A stretch of 64,000 nucleotides of DNA, taken from NCBI GenBank assembly GCA_963790025.1, contig CAWBMP010000004.1, positions 352,001-416,000 of the forward strand. Reading direction: 5' to 3'. The translations under genes were made by a program, and so were the position numbers. The notes under the pieces are model-generated. The model worked only from the letters and a program-made list of their open reading frames with translations. It searched no databases and was not told where the DNA came from. The first letter of the stretch is position 1, and the number at the start of each line of letters is the position of its first letter. The DNA is from Nitrospirota bacterium (GTDB lineage Bacteria > Nitrospirota > Thermodesulfovibrionia > Thermodesulfovibrionales > Dissulfurispiraceae). Shown piece after piece: positions 28,713 through 38,311 of the stretch.

Positions 28713-30694
28713 GCATTGTTCCTTTTCGTCTTAAATTCAAGGCACAGTCTGCGGAACCCGGAGAGAAGAAGCTTCCGGTTGTGAGTCCCAAAGGATTCGC
28801 CGAAAGAGTTGCCGAAGCCATACGGAAAACCCAGACATATTATGTAGAGGACCAGCACAAGGACGGATACTGGTGTTACGAGCTGGAATCAAATGTTACG
28901 ATTACTGCCGAATATTTAATGCTCCTTCATTTTTTAGGGTTGAGAGATCCCGGAAGAGACAAAAAAATAGCTCAGCACATACTGAAGAACCAGAGGGCCG
29001 ACGGGACCTGGGCAATTCACTGGGGAGGCGAGGGAGACATCAGCACAACAGTCGAGGCCTACTTCGCTCTTAAACTTGCCGGCTTTTCAGCCGATGACCT
29101 TCCGCTGAGAAAAGCCAGGGCTTTTATACTTGAATCAGGGGGCGTTGAGGCTTCGAGGGTTTTCACGAAAATATTCCTCGCGCTTTTCGGGCAGTTCTCC
29201 TGGAAGGCAATACCTTCTATTCCCGTTGAACTTAATCTTTTGCCGGCATGGTTCCCCATTAATATTTACAATTTTTCGAGTTGGGCCCGGTCTACAATTG
29301 TGCCGCTCTCGGCAGTTCTTGACCGAAAGCCGGTGAGACGTCTGCCGGGCGAAACAGGCGTCCGTGAACTCTATAAAGAACCAGGCAAAATACCGCCGGT
29401 GGCAGCACAAAAGCTCTCACCATTCTCCTGGAAACGGTTTTTTATCATCCTTGACCGCCTTATCAAGACAGTGGAAGAGATGCCGGTAAGACCGCTGAGG
29501 GAAAAAGCGCTCAAGAAAACGGAGCAATGGGTAAACGAGCATCAGGAGACTACAGGCGACTGGGGAGGAATCCAGCCGGCGATGGTCAATGGCGTACTTG
29601 CCCTTTCAGCATTGGGCTATGGTACGGCATACGAACCCGTAAAAAAAGGACTTGATGGCCTCAAAAATTTTACAATCGAAAAGGACGACGAGCTTGTTCT
29701 CCAATCCTGCATATCGCCTGTCTGGGACACGGCATTGACTGCCCTCGCAATGATGTATTCGGGTATGGATCCGGACCATCGTTCCCTTATAGCTGCCGGC
29801 GACTGGCTGATCTCGAAACAGATATTCCGGAAGGGCGACTGGAGTGTTAAGAGACCGGATCTTCAGCCCGGTGGCTGGGCCTTTGAATTTGATAATGACT
29901 GGTACCCCGATGTGGATGACACGGCAGTGGTATTGATGCTTCTGAACAGGTATGACGACAGCGAGTTTGTCAAGACTGAAAACCTGCAAAGCGGCCTCAG
30001 GTGGATACTTGGAATGCAGGGAAAAGATGGCGGCTGGGGCGCCTTTGACGTGGACAATAACGTGCGGTTACTAAACCAGCTGCCTTTCGGAGACCTTGAA
30101 GCTATGATAGATCCCAGCACGCCTGATATCACCGGAAGAGTCCTTGAACTCCTCGGCATGGTCGGATATGGGCCTTCACATGATGTCGTGCTCAAGGCAA
30201 TACGGTTCCTGAAAAAACAGCAGGAAGAGGACGGGACCTGGTGGGGAAGATGGGGCGTCAACTACATTTACGGCACCAGCGGGGTCCTCGCAGGTCTGGG
30301 CTCGATTGGGGAAGATATGTCGAAACCGTACGTAAGGAGAGCGGTCGCATGGCTGAAAAACCACCAGAAGATCGACGGCGGCTGGGGAGAGTGCTGTCAA
30401 TCATACGATGACCCAACGTTGAAATGCCAGGGGTGGAGCACCCCCTCACAGACAGCATGGGCCATTATAGGACTGATTGCCGCTGGCGAAGGCACATGCG
30501 AGGAAGTGCACAAAGGCATAAAATACTTGCTCAAAAAACAGCAGCCTGACGGTACATGGGAAGAGGAATTCTTCACCGGCACCGGATTCCCTAAATATTT
30601 CATGATCCGCTATCACAATTACCGCAATTGTTTTCCCCTTATGGCGCTCGGCAGGTTTCACAAGCTTATTGAGAGGGAAGGACCGCAACAGTGA
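28709..30694 (+). CDS. shc: Squalene-hopene cyclase
   Basis: DVDDTA catalytic motif, QW repeats, SPVWDT, GRWGVNYIYGT, GTGFP. Confidence 0.97.
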   Translation: MSIVPFRLKFKAQSAEPGEKKLPVVSPKGFAERVAEAIRKTQTYYVEDQHKDGYWCYELESNVTITAEYLMLLHFLGLRDPGRDKKIAQHILKNQRADGTWAIHWGGEGDISTTVEAYFALKLAGFSADDLPLRKARAFILESGGVEASRVFTKIFLALFGQFSWKAIPSIPVELNLLPAWFPINIYNFSSWARSTIVPLSAVLDRKPVRRLPGETGVRELYKEPGKIPPVAAQKLSPFSWKRFFIILDRLIKTVEEMPVRPLREKALKKTEQWVNEHQETTGDWGGIQPAMVNGVLALSALGYGTAYEPVKKGLDGLKNFTIEKDDELVLQSCISPVWDTALTALAMMYSGMDPDHRSLIAAGDWLISKQIFRKGDWSVKRPDLQPGGWAFEFDNDWYPDVDDTAVVLMLLNRYDDSEFVKTENLQSGLRWILGMQGKDGGWGAFDVDNNVRLLNQLPFGDLEAMIDPSTPDITGRVLELLGMVGYGPSHDVVLKAIRFLKKQQEEDGTWWGRWGVNYIYGTSGVLAGLGSIGEDMSKPYVRRAVAWLKNHQKIDGGWGECCQSYDDPTLKCQGWSTPSQTAWAIIGLIAAGEGTCEEVHKGIKYLLKKQQPDGTWEEEFFTGTGFPKYFMIRYHNYRNCFPLMALGRFHKLIEREGPQQ

Positions 30695-31683
30695 TTGCCC
30701 TTGTTACGGGCGCTACCGGTTTTATCGGTTTCCATGTGGCCCGCTTTTTGAAAGAGCAGGGGATCGAGGTCCGGGCTTTGGTCAGGGAAAATAGCGATAT
30801 CTCGCCACTGAAAGCCATGGACATCGAGCTGGTCAAGGGGGATGTCAGGGACTTGGAATCGGTCTGCCGGGCACTCAAGGGATGCCGGCAGTTATATCAC
30901 ATCGCTGCTGACTACAGGCTTTGGGTGCCTGATCCCGGCATTATGTATGCGATCAATGTTCAGGGCACACGGAATTGCATGGAAGCTGCTCTCAAAATCG
31001 GGATAGAGAAGGTCATTTATACAAGCTCAGTGGGAGTACTCGCGGCATCCTCAAAGGGGGTCCCGTCCAATGAGGAAAGCCGGGCAACCATATATGATAT
31101 GATCGGCCATTACAAACGGTCCAAGTTTCTTGCCGAGTGTGAGGTGCGATCGTTCATCAGCAAAGGGGTCCCCGCAGTTATCGTATATCCATCTACGCCT
31201 GTCGGTCCCATGGACAGGAAACCCACACCTACCGGACAGACCATCGTTGACTTCATCAATGGTAAAATTCCGGCATTCCTGGATACAGGGCTGAACTTTG
31301 TCTCTGTGGAGGATGTAGCCGCCGGCCACTGGTTAGCATCGCTGAGAGGAGAGATCGGCCGGGCATATATATTGGGAAACAAAAACCTCACACTTAAGGA
31401 ATTTTTCGAATCCCTTGCAGGCATCACAGGATGTCAGCCTCCTAAAATCCGGCTCCCTTATCTTCCGGTCCTGTTTGCCGCTTGCATCGACGAGACCATT
31501 TCGAGACTGGCTACCCGCAGACACCCGAGAATTCCGCTCACAGGGGTGAGAATGGCGCGAAAATATATGTATTTCGACGCTTCCAGGGCTGTAAAGGAAC
31601 TGCACATGCCACAGAGCCCGGTCGAGCATGCCATGGAGCGTGCGATTGAGTGGTTCAAAGAAAATAATTATAAAAGGAACTGA
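30691..31683 (+). CDS. hpnA: Hopanoid-associated NAD-dependent epimerase
   Basis: GATGFIG, AADYRLW, YKRSK, KPTPTG. Confidence 0.9.
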   Translation: MIALVTGATGFIGFHVARFLKEQGIEVRALVRENSDISPLKAMDIELVKGDVRDLESVCRALKGCRQLYHIAADYRLWVPDPGIMYAINVQGTRNCMEAALKIGIEKVIYTSSVGVLAASSKGVPSNEESRATIYDMIGHYKRSKFLAECEVRSFISKGVPAVIVYPSTPVGPMDRKPTPTGQTIVDFINGKIPAFLDTGLNFVSVEDVAAGHWLASLRGEIGRAYILGNKNLTLKEFFESLAGITGCQPPKIRLPYLPVLFAACIDETISRLATRRHPRIPLTGVRMARKYMYFDASRAVKELHMPQSPVEHAMERAIEWFKENNYKRN

Positions 31684-31689
31684 TAATTT

Positions 31690-32691
31690 ATGCGTTTTCC
31701 AGTCAGCTTATACATATCGCTTACTAAAAGTTTTATCAAGAACGCCCGGAAAGGTAACAAGCGTTTTCCGCTTGTACTTATGCTTGAGCCTACGCACAGA
31801 TGCAATCTGGCCTGTGCCGGATGCGACAGGATACGGCTGCATGATGAGATGCAGTCCCCTGATCTTTCCCTTGAACAATGCATTGATGCTGTAACGGAAT
31901 CGGACGCACCTGTCATCACGGTAACAGGGGGTGAACCTATGCTTTACAGGGATCTGATACCGCTCGTAAGAGAAATCATCAAAATGAAAAAACAGGTGTA
32001 TCTCTGTTCAAATGGGCTCCTTACCGAATCCTTTGTCGAGGAGTTCGATCCGGACCCAAACCTCACCATCAATTTTCATCTGGATGGACTGGAAGAAAAT
32101 CATGACATCATTACCAACAGGAGTGGGACTTTCCGAAAGACCATCGAGACGATAAAAAAAGCCAAGAAGAGGGGCTTCAGGGTGAGCACAAATACCTCGG
32201 TTTACAAAAACACCGACATTAAAGAGCTGGAGCGTCTGTTCGAAATGCTGACCGCGATGAATATTAACGGCATACTCATGGCTCCGGCATTCAGCTATGA
32301 AAGCGTGGAGAGCGACATATTTCTCAGCAAAGATGAGATACATGAAAAATTCAATCAAATGGCGTCCTTCTTCGAGAGGTTCCCTTTCATGAATTCACCG
32401 CTGTACGTGGACGTGCTGAAGGGCCTGAGGCATATGCAGTGCACTCCATGGGGGAACCCTACACGTAATCCCCTCGGCTGGAAATCCCCCTGCTATTTGA
32501 TTACCGATGTCTATTATCCCACCTTCCGCGAAATGATGGAAAAAACGCCGTGGGACCGTTATGGCGCCGGCAATGACCCCAGGTGTAAAAACTGTCTTGT
32601 TCACAGCGGTTACGAGGCAACAGTCATGAGGACTGCCTTTTCAAACCCTAAAGACCTCCTGAGACTTCTCCTCTGGAACCTTAAGGCTTAA
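31690..32691 (+). CDS. hpnH: Adenosylhopane radical SAM enzyme HpnH
   Basis: FPLVLMLEP..RCNLACAGC, CTPWGNPT, PCYL, DPRC.NC.VHSGYE. Confidence 0.92.
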   Translation: MRFPVSLYISLTKSFIKNARKGNKRFPLVLMLEPTHRCNLACAGCDRIRLHDEMQSPDLSLEQCIDAVTESDAPVITVTGGEPMLYRDLIPLVREIIKMKKQVYLCSNGLLTESFVEEFDPDPNLTINFHLDGLEENHDIITNRSGTFRKTIETIKKAKKRGFRVSTNTSVYKNTDIKELERLFEMLTAMNINGILMAPAFSYESVESDIFLSKDEIHEKFNQMASFFERFPFMNSPLYVDVLKGLRHMQCTPWGNPTRNPLGWKSPCYLITDVYYPTFREMMEKTPWDRYGAGNDPRCKNCLVHSGYEATVMRTAFSNPKDLLRLLLWNLKA

Positions 32692-33573
32692 GTGGGACAA
32701 TTTCTTCTGCTCTTCTTACATACGATTGCATTAAGACCGTATGTATTTGTGTTTCTGCTGGTCTATATGCTGGGCTGTTCGCTGCATCTTGGATTGAAAA
32801 GAGCATTGTTATTCCTCATGGCCGGTTACAGTATTGCATGGCTTTCGGAATACTCTTCCATTCACAACGGCATTCCCTACGGCCACTACTTCTATATCGA
32901 ACAGACTAAAGGCAGGGAAATTTGGGTGCTGGGTGTTCCCCTTATAGATTCGATGAGCTATGTATTCCTTGCCTATGCGAGTTATTCGGTGGCCCTCTTT
33001 GTTAGTGCTCCTGTTATGCTCCTGAAGAAATCGCTCTTCATTCTTGAGACAAGGGAGATCAGAAATGCTCCCGTTGTCAGAATGCTTGGGGCAGTCCTCT
33101 TTGTTTACCTCGATATTATTATCGACCCCGTAGCACTGTGCGGAAGCCGCTGGTTTCTGGGGCAACTCTACGGGTATCCCGATAGGGGTGCTTATTTCGG
33201 TGTTCCGATCTCGAACTTCGCCGGATGGCTCCTTGTGGGGTTTCTTATGATCGGCGCCTTGCAGAAAATAGATTCTTTCTTGCACCGGAAAGGTACGGCA
33301 GACTGCACAGGATACCGATACCCCTGGAGATTTCTTATAGGCCCCGGTATTTATGCCGGAGTTCTGATTTTTAATCTGGCGGTAACCTTTGCTATTCACG
33401 AATACACAATGGCATGGGCCGGGGTCTTCATGGTCCTATTGCTCTTAGTACTCATCTATTGCATAACAAGAATCAAACTAGGTGCCGAAACAACAGAAAA
33501 TGCTTTAGCGGCCCATCTTCGCGACTTTTCTCAAGACTTCGTTATTGAGAACAACGTAAAAAGCTCGGTTTAA
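32692..33573 (+). CDS. CruF-like (carotenoid biosynthesis/hydratase family) membrane protein
   Basis: E..S...GIPYG.Y.Y, GVP, DIIIDPVA, W, YFGVPISNFAGW. Confidence 0.7.
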   Translation: MGQFLLLFLHTIALRPYVFVFLLVYMLGCSLHLGLKRALLFLMAGYSIAWLSEYSSIHNGIPYGHYFYIEQTKGREIWVLGVPLIDSMSYVFLAYASYSVALFVSAPVMLLKKSLFILETREIRNAPVVRMLGAVLFVYLDIIIDPVALCGSRWFLGQLYGYPDRGAYFGVPISNFAGWLLVGFLMIGALQKIDSFLHRKGTADCTGYRYPWRFLIGPGIYAGVLIFNLAVTFAIHEYTMAWAGVFMVLLLLVLIYCITRIKLGAETTENALAAHLRDFSQDFVIENNVKSSV

Positions 33574-33709
33574 AAAAAGCCAAGACAAACCTCAGAAGTT
33601 ATCTGTTGTCAATTAAATAACAGGTATTTATTATGACAGTTATTGCCCATTTTTATTACAGTTGTAATTTTCACTAATAATCGATTATTCTATAAAGTGT
33701 TGCAAAATA

Positions 33710-34186
33710 ATGAATCAGCGATTCAATATACAACATAAAGTAATGAATGCAAGAGAGATGACATCGGCTTTGCGTATCCTGCATCTCGAAGATGATCCTT
33801 TCGACGCCCAACTCATTAAATCAATCCTTGAGAATGAAGGTATCTCCTGCCGCATATGCCTGGTAGCATCACACGATGATTTTATCGCGGCGCTCGATCG
33901 CGAAAAATTTGATATAATCGTCTCCGATTACTCATTGCCGGACTTTGACGGTTTTCGCGCACTTGCTCTGGTAAAAGAAAAACGTCCGCATATACCGTTT
34001 ATTTTCGTTACAGGGGAAATGGGCGAGGAGTTCGTTATCGAAATGCTCAAAAGCGGTGCGACGGACTATGTCATGAAAAACAATATCGCAAGGCTTGTAC
34101 CTTCCGTGCAGAGGGCCTTGAGAAAGACGACGGAGCGGTCAGAGCGAAAAAAGGTCCGGAAAAGTGACAACGGCATGAAACTATGA
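33710..34186 (+). CDS. Response regulator receiver protein (possibly a truncated hybrid)
   Basis: ILHLEDD, DIIVSDYSLP.FDG, FVTG, GATDYVMK. Confidence 0.8.
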   Translation: MNQRFNIQHKVMNAREMTSALRILHLEDDPFDAQLIKSILENEGISCRICLVASHDDFIAALDREKFDIIVSDYSLPDFDGFRALALVKEKRPHIPFIFVTGEMGEEFVIEMLKSGATDYVMKNNIARLVPSVQRALRKTTERSERKKVRKSDNGMKL

Positions 34187-34280
34187 TGAAGCATTGACTA
34201 GTATGTCCAAAAGCGATTTTGATTTGATATTTCCAGATATTCTTTTAGGCAACGGGTCAGGAATGGAAATATATGGATGA
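34161..34280 (+). pseudogene. Fragment of a second receiver domain
   Basis: Alternate frame reads KVTTA*NYDEALTSMSKSDFDLIFPDILLGNGSGMEIYG*. Confidence 0.55.
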
Positions 34281-34340
34281 GCAGTGTATAAAAAGAATTC
34301 AAAATGTGCCACAAACTCTAAAACATTAAGGAGGTATCTG

Positions 34341-35975
34341 ATGTTTAAGAATTTGAAAATAGGAGTGAGGCTGGGGATTGGGTTTGGCGCAGTAGTTGTA
34401 TTTTTGATAGCTTTAATTCTTGTCAGCATTAAGAGTATGGCAGGCATTGAACAAAAGCTTGATCGCATTGTGAAGGTCAATAATGTCCGCGCCGATCAGG
34501 CCAGAAAGATGGCGGATACTATCAGAGAGGTGTCTATTTCTCTTCGTAATATATTTTTGACAACAGAGATTCAGGAAAAGCAGAAATATATCACAGATAT
34601 TTCAAATAACAAACCAAAATATGACGAAGCCTTTAAGAAGATCGAAGAAATGACACCAAAAGATGATCCGAAGGGAAATGAGTTGGTCGAGAAACTTAAG
34701 ACAGATCGTGATAATGCCAGGCTATTGAACAACAGAGTAGTTGAGCTGTCCATGAAAAACAGGAATGCCGAGGCGATCGATTCGATGAATAAAGAAGCAA
34801 GGCCGGCAGTACGCAAGTGGTTGGAAACTATAAATGAATTGGTCCAGCATATGCAAGAACGCAACCAGATGCGCTATGAAGAAGCAGATAATGCCTATAA
34901 ATACGCAAGGTTATTTATGTTCCTTATCGGCGGGATTGCAATTACTCTCAGTATAATAATTTCATTATTGATTACACGCAGCATTGTCCTGCCGCTGCAT
35001 AAAGGCATTGAAGTTGCCGACAAGATTGCCAAGGGCGACTTGACATGCAAGGACCTGGCTGTGAAATCAAAAGATGAAACCGGCGCTTTGGCAAATGCTT
35101 TAAACATAATGAAGAAATCACTAAGCGATATGATCGGAAAGTTTTCAGATACCGCCAGCCATGTCGCCTCGTCGTCGGAAGAATTGTCAGCTACAGTGAC
35201 CCAAATAATAAAGAGGGTGGACGAACAGGCGAACAAGGCGAACCAGGTGGCGACGGCTTCTACAGAGATGTCACAAACTGTTGTCGATATAGCAAAGAAC
35301 AGCTCTAACATAGCGTCTTCATCATTGGACACCTTAAAGACAGCCAAAGATGGCGCGGGCATAGTGAGCAAAACAGTCAATGAAGTACAGGAGATAGCAG
35401 ACACCGTGGAGGATTTGGCCAAACTGATGACGTCGCTCGGAGACCGTTCAAAACAGATAGGAGACATACTCAACGTGATCAAGGACATAGCAGACCAGAC
35501 GAACCTTCTTGCCCTGAATGCGGCAATAGAAGCTGCGCGTGCAGGAGACCAGGGAAGAGGTTTTGCCGTAGTTGCGGATGAAGTCAGAAAGCTTGCGGAA
35601 AAGACCGCGCATTCGACCTCAGAGATAGGAGATATGATAAAGGCGATACAGGATGAGACCGAAAAGGCGGTTGTTTCCATGGGAGAGGGAACAAGAAAGG
35701 TCAAAGTGGGGGTTGAACTTGCGAACCAGGCAGGCGACGGGCTGCGTAAAATAGTTGACAGTGTAAACGGACTTCAGTCCATGGTGCAGCAGATAGCATC
35801 TGCAACAGAGGAGATGTCGAGTGTATCGGAGCAGATAAGCGGCGATATAGAAGTGATAGCAGCGGTATCGAGAGAGACAAGCGCGGGTTCTACTCAAATC
35901 GGACAGGAATCTGCTAACCTATCGAATATGGCGGTAGAACTAAAAAAAGATATCAGCCACTTTAGAGTCAACTGA
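34341..35975 (+). CDS. Methyl-accepting chemotaxis protein (4HB sensor, HAMP)
   Basis: [12 protein letters not shown] after [27 protein letters not shown]. Confidence 0.95.
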   Translation: MFKNLKIGVRLGIGFGAVVVFLIALILVSIKSMAGIEQKLDRIVKVNNVRADQARKMADTIREVSISLRNIFLTTEIQEKQKYITDISNNKPKYDEAFKKIEEMTPKDDPKGNELVEKLKTDRDNARLLNNRVVELSMKNRNAEAIDSMNKEARPAVRKWLETINELVQHMQERNQMRYEEADNAYKYARLFMFLIGGIAITLSIIISLLITRSIVLPLHKGIEVADKIAKGDLTCKDLAVKSKDETGALANALNIMKKSLSDMIGKFSDTASHVASSSEELSATVTQIIKRVDEQANKANQVATASTEMSQTVVDIAKNSSNIASSSLDTLKTAKDGAGIVSKTVNEVQEIADTVEDLAKLMTSLGDRSKQIGDILNVIKDIADQTNLLALNAAIEAARAGDQGRGFAVVADEVRKLAEKTAHSTSEIGDMIKAIQDETEKAVVSMGEGTRKVKVGVELANQAGDGLRKIVDSVNGLQSMVQQIASATEEMSSVSEQISGDIEVIAAVSRETSAGSTQIGQESANLSNMAVELKKDISHFRVN

Positions 35976-36076
35976 AGGTGGAGTTTCATAAAAAAACGTA
36001 GAGAAGATATAAAGGCGCAAGGTAACCGTGACATTTAATAGCAAAGCGTTCAGACCGGGCTTTTATCGAAACGGCC

Positions 36077-36835
36077 CTATAAAATGATCAGCAGCGTTTC
36101 GATTGCCTCACAGAGTCTTCGTGAAGCCATGCGTGCATTTTTTCCCATTCTGATGCATGAAGGGACAAGTACCGGATTGCCGAGGATTATCCGCAGCGCA
36201 CGCGAAAGGCTAAAGCTGCCGTTTGCGCCGGTCACGCCAAAAAGCTCCTGAGGTATCTCCTCATGGGCGCTGTCGGTAACCGCCCTGATTGCAAAAAAAG
36301 GGAGACCTGCGCGCATAGATAGCCGGGCCAGAGGAAATGTTTCCATATCGCATACCGGAAAGGAGAGGCCCTGAAGTAATCCCTTTGCGATTTCAGATTT
36401 CTTCGTCCATTGTCCGAGCGTCAAAAAGTCTCCTTCGAGCACTGCAAGATCGTGCGCCATCTTTCTGATAATTTCATGTGCACCCATGACCTCTACAAGA
36501 CAATCCTGACGTTTGATGGCTGTGACCGCTACGGCCATGTCAGGATAAAGCAGAACATGGGAAGCACCGATAAGGTCTCCTATTGCTGCCCCCTCATAAA
36601 GAGCACCGCAAAATCCGGCAGAGATAACGTACTCAGGGCTGTATTCCCGGACTACATATTTCCAGGCAGCTTCAGATATATCTATGCCTATCCCGCTTTG
36701 TACTATTATAATTTCTTTGAAAGCGGCCTGCGCAAACCAAATGATAAACGGGGAGCTTCTGATTTTTTTGGCCTTGAGGCTCTTAATTATATAGGTCACT
36801 TCCTGCGGAAACGCTGAAAAAAGTGCGACTTTCAT
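36077..36835 (-). CDS. hpnG: Nucleoside phosphorylase/MTA-SAH nucleosidase family, probable HpnG
   Basis: SGIG, ISAGFCGAL, GDL, DMET, IRAVTD; hopanoid context. Confidence 0.72.
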   Translation of the reverse strand: MKVALFSAFPQEVTYIIKSLKAKKIRSSPFIIWFAQAAFKEIIIVQSGIGIDISEAAWKYVVREYSPEYVISAGFCGALYEGAAIGDLIGASHVLLYPDMAVAVTAIKRQDCLVEVMGAHEIIRKMAHDLAVLEGDFLTLGQWTKKSEIAKGLLQGLSFPVCDMETFPLARLSMRAGLPFFAIRAVTDSAHEEIPQELFGVTGANGSFSLSRALRIILGNPVLVPSCIRMGKNARMASRRLCEAIETLLIIL

Positions 36836-36855
36836 GATATGCTTTTAAGTATACC

Positions 36856-38034
36856 ATGACTCCATACCTTACTGTGCTGCTATCCATGCTGGTCGCCTCA
36901 TCCGCTATTTACAGTATATTTGCCCTATATTGCATAATTGATTTCTTCAGGCCGGAAAAAAAAGAATTAAGAGAGATACCCGACATGCCGATTTCTATTC
37001 TTAAGCCGCTCAGCGGCAAAGACCCCGAATTACATGAAAACATTCGGAGTTTCTGCTCACAGGACTATCCGGAATACGAAGTCCTTCTTGGCGTTTCAGA
37101 CCTAGGTGATGCCGCACTAACTGTTGTTGGAGCACCCGGCGAGGTCACCGACTTTGGGAGATCAGCTTTGCAACGGCGGCCCGTCGTCAAAGTAATAGTC
37201 AGCGAGAAAAGCCTGGGCACAAACAGGAAAGTATCAAATCTCCATGGACTCGCTGAGGCGGCCGCCTATCCCCTGCTTGCCATAAGCGACAGCGATATGA
37301 GAGTAGATGCCTCCTATTTAAAACACATTGCCGGGGAATACTTCAGCACGAAAGACACCGGCCTTGTCACCTCGCTCTACAAGATATCAAATCCACTATC
37401 GGCAGGAGCTGCCTTCGAGTCCCTTGCTATGGCACTCGACCTAATACCCTCCGTTCTGGTGGCAAGACGGCTTGAAGGTGTTACGTTCGGGCTGGGCGCC
37501 TCGATGCTGCTGTCGAGGGAGGCGCTTTATGCTATAGGCGGATTTACGGCTATTGCCGATTATCTGGCAGACGATTACCAGATCGGCAACAGACTATGGG
37601 AAAAAGGATATACGATCATTCTCTCCCGTTATGTCCTGGAAGATATGGCAGGTCCCATGAGCATTGCGGCACACCTTAAGCACCAGATTCGATGGGCCAG
37701 GACCTATAGGGCATGCCGACCGGGAGGCTTCAGCGGATACGGCATTACCTATATCTTTCCGATCTCTTGTCTGCTATATATCCAGCAGGGACCGACCATA
37801 CTGTCTTTAACGGCACTTTGCACTGCTCTGGGCCTGAGATTGCTCACTGCTTTCGTGATCTTCAGGAGAGTAATCTTCTCAAGGAAATGGCTTCGGTGGC
37901 TTATAATACTTCCATTAAAAGATATCCTCGGGTTCAGTATCTGGATATTGAGTTTTTTCGGGTCAGCGGTGTCCTGGAGGGGCAGCCGTTATGAGATTTT
38001 AAAAGGGGGAAAAATCAGGAGGAGGCCTGAATGA
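36856..38034 (+). CDS. hpnI: Hopanoid glycosyltransferase HpnI (ceramide glucosyltransferase-like GT2)
   Basis: ISILKPL.G, QDYP.YE, N.KVSNL, SDSD, LADDY..G, HQIRWART. Confidence 0.85.
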   Translation: MTPYLTVLLSMLVASSAIYSIFALYCIIDFFRPEKKELREIPDMPISILKPLSGKDPELHENIRSFCSQDYPEYEVLLGVSDLGDAALTVVGAPGEVTDFGRSALQRRPVVKVIVSEKSLGTNRKVSNLHGLAEAAAYPLLAISDSDMRVDASYLKHIAGEYFSTKDTGLVTSLYKISNPLSAGAAFESLAMALDLIPSVLVARRLEGVTFGLGASMLLSREALYAIGGFTAIADYLADDYQIGNRLWEKGYTIILSRYVLEDMAGPMSIAAHLKHQIRWARTYRACRPGGFSGYGITYIFPISCLLYIQQGPTILSLTALCTALGLRLLTAFVIFRRVIFSRKWLRWLIILPLKDILGFSIWILSFFGSAVSWRGSRYEILKGGKIRRRPE

Positions 38035-38195
38035 GCAAGGAAAAAGAAATTGCGGTAACAGTCAAGCTGGTTTTCGGTGTTAATATCCCTGGTACGGTAA
38101 ATACACCCGAGAACGTACTGGCGGAGTATCTGGTTAATAAGCTGTCCGTTGATGTCAAATGGGCGGTAATCAAGGAGAGAGCCCTTTTATCATAA
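38031..38195 (+). CDS. Small hypothetical protein (54 aa), absent from the ORF track
   Basis: RBS AGGAGGAGG, ATGA overlap with the hpnI stop; MSKEKEIAVTVKLVFGVNIPGTVNTPENVLAEYLVNKLSVDVKWAVIKERALLS. Confidence 0.6.
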   Translation: MSKEKEIAVTVKLVFGVNIPGTVNTPENVLAEYLVNKLSVDVKWAVIKERALLS

Positions 38196-38202
38196 GCGGA
38201 TG

Positions 38203-38308
38203 GCAGTAAGGAAGTAAAAGCAAAAAAATAGTAGTAAGCAGGCAGTATGCAGTAAAAACAAAAAGACAAAAAATTAAGTCTTGGTCTTTGCTGCCTGCTG
38301 CTTTCTGG
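38203..38308. repeat. Degenerate heptamer (GCAGTAA) hairpin between convergent genes
   Basis: gcagtaa, gtagtaa, gcagtat, gcagtaa ... ttgctgc ctgctgc tttctgg. Confidence 0.55.
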
Positions 38309-38311
38309 CTC

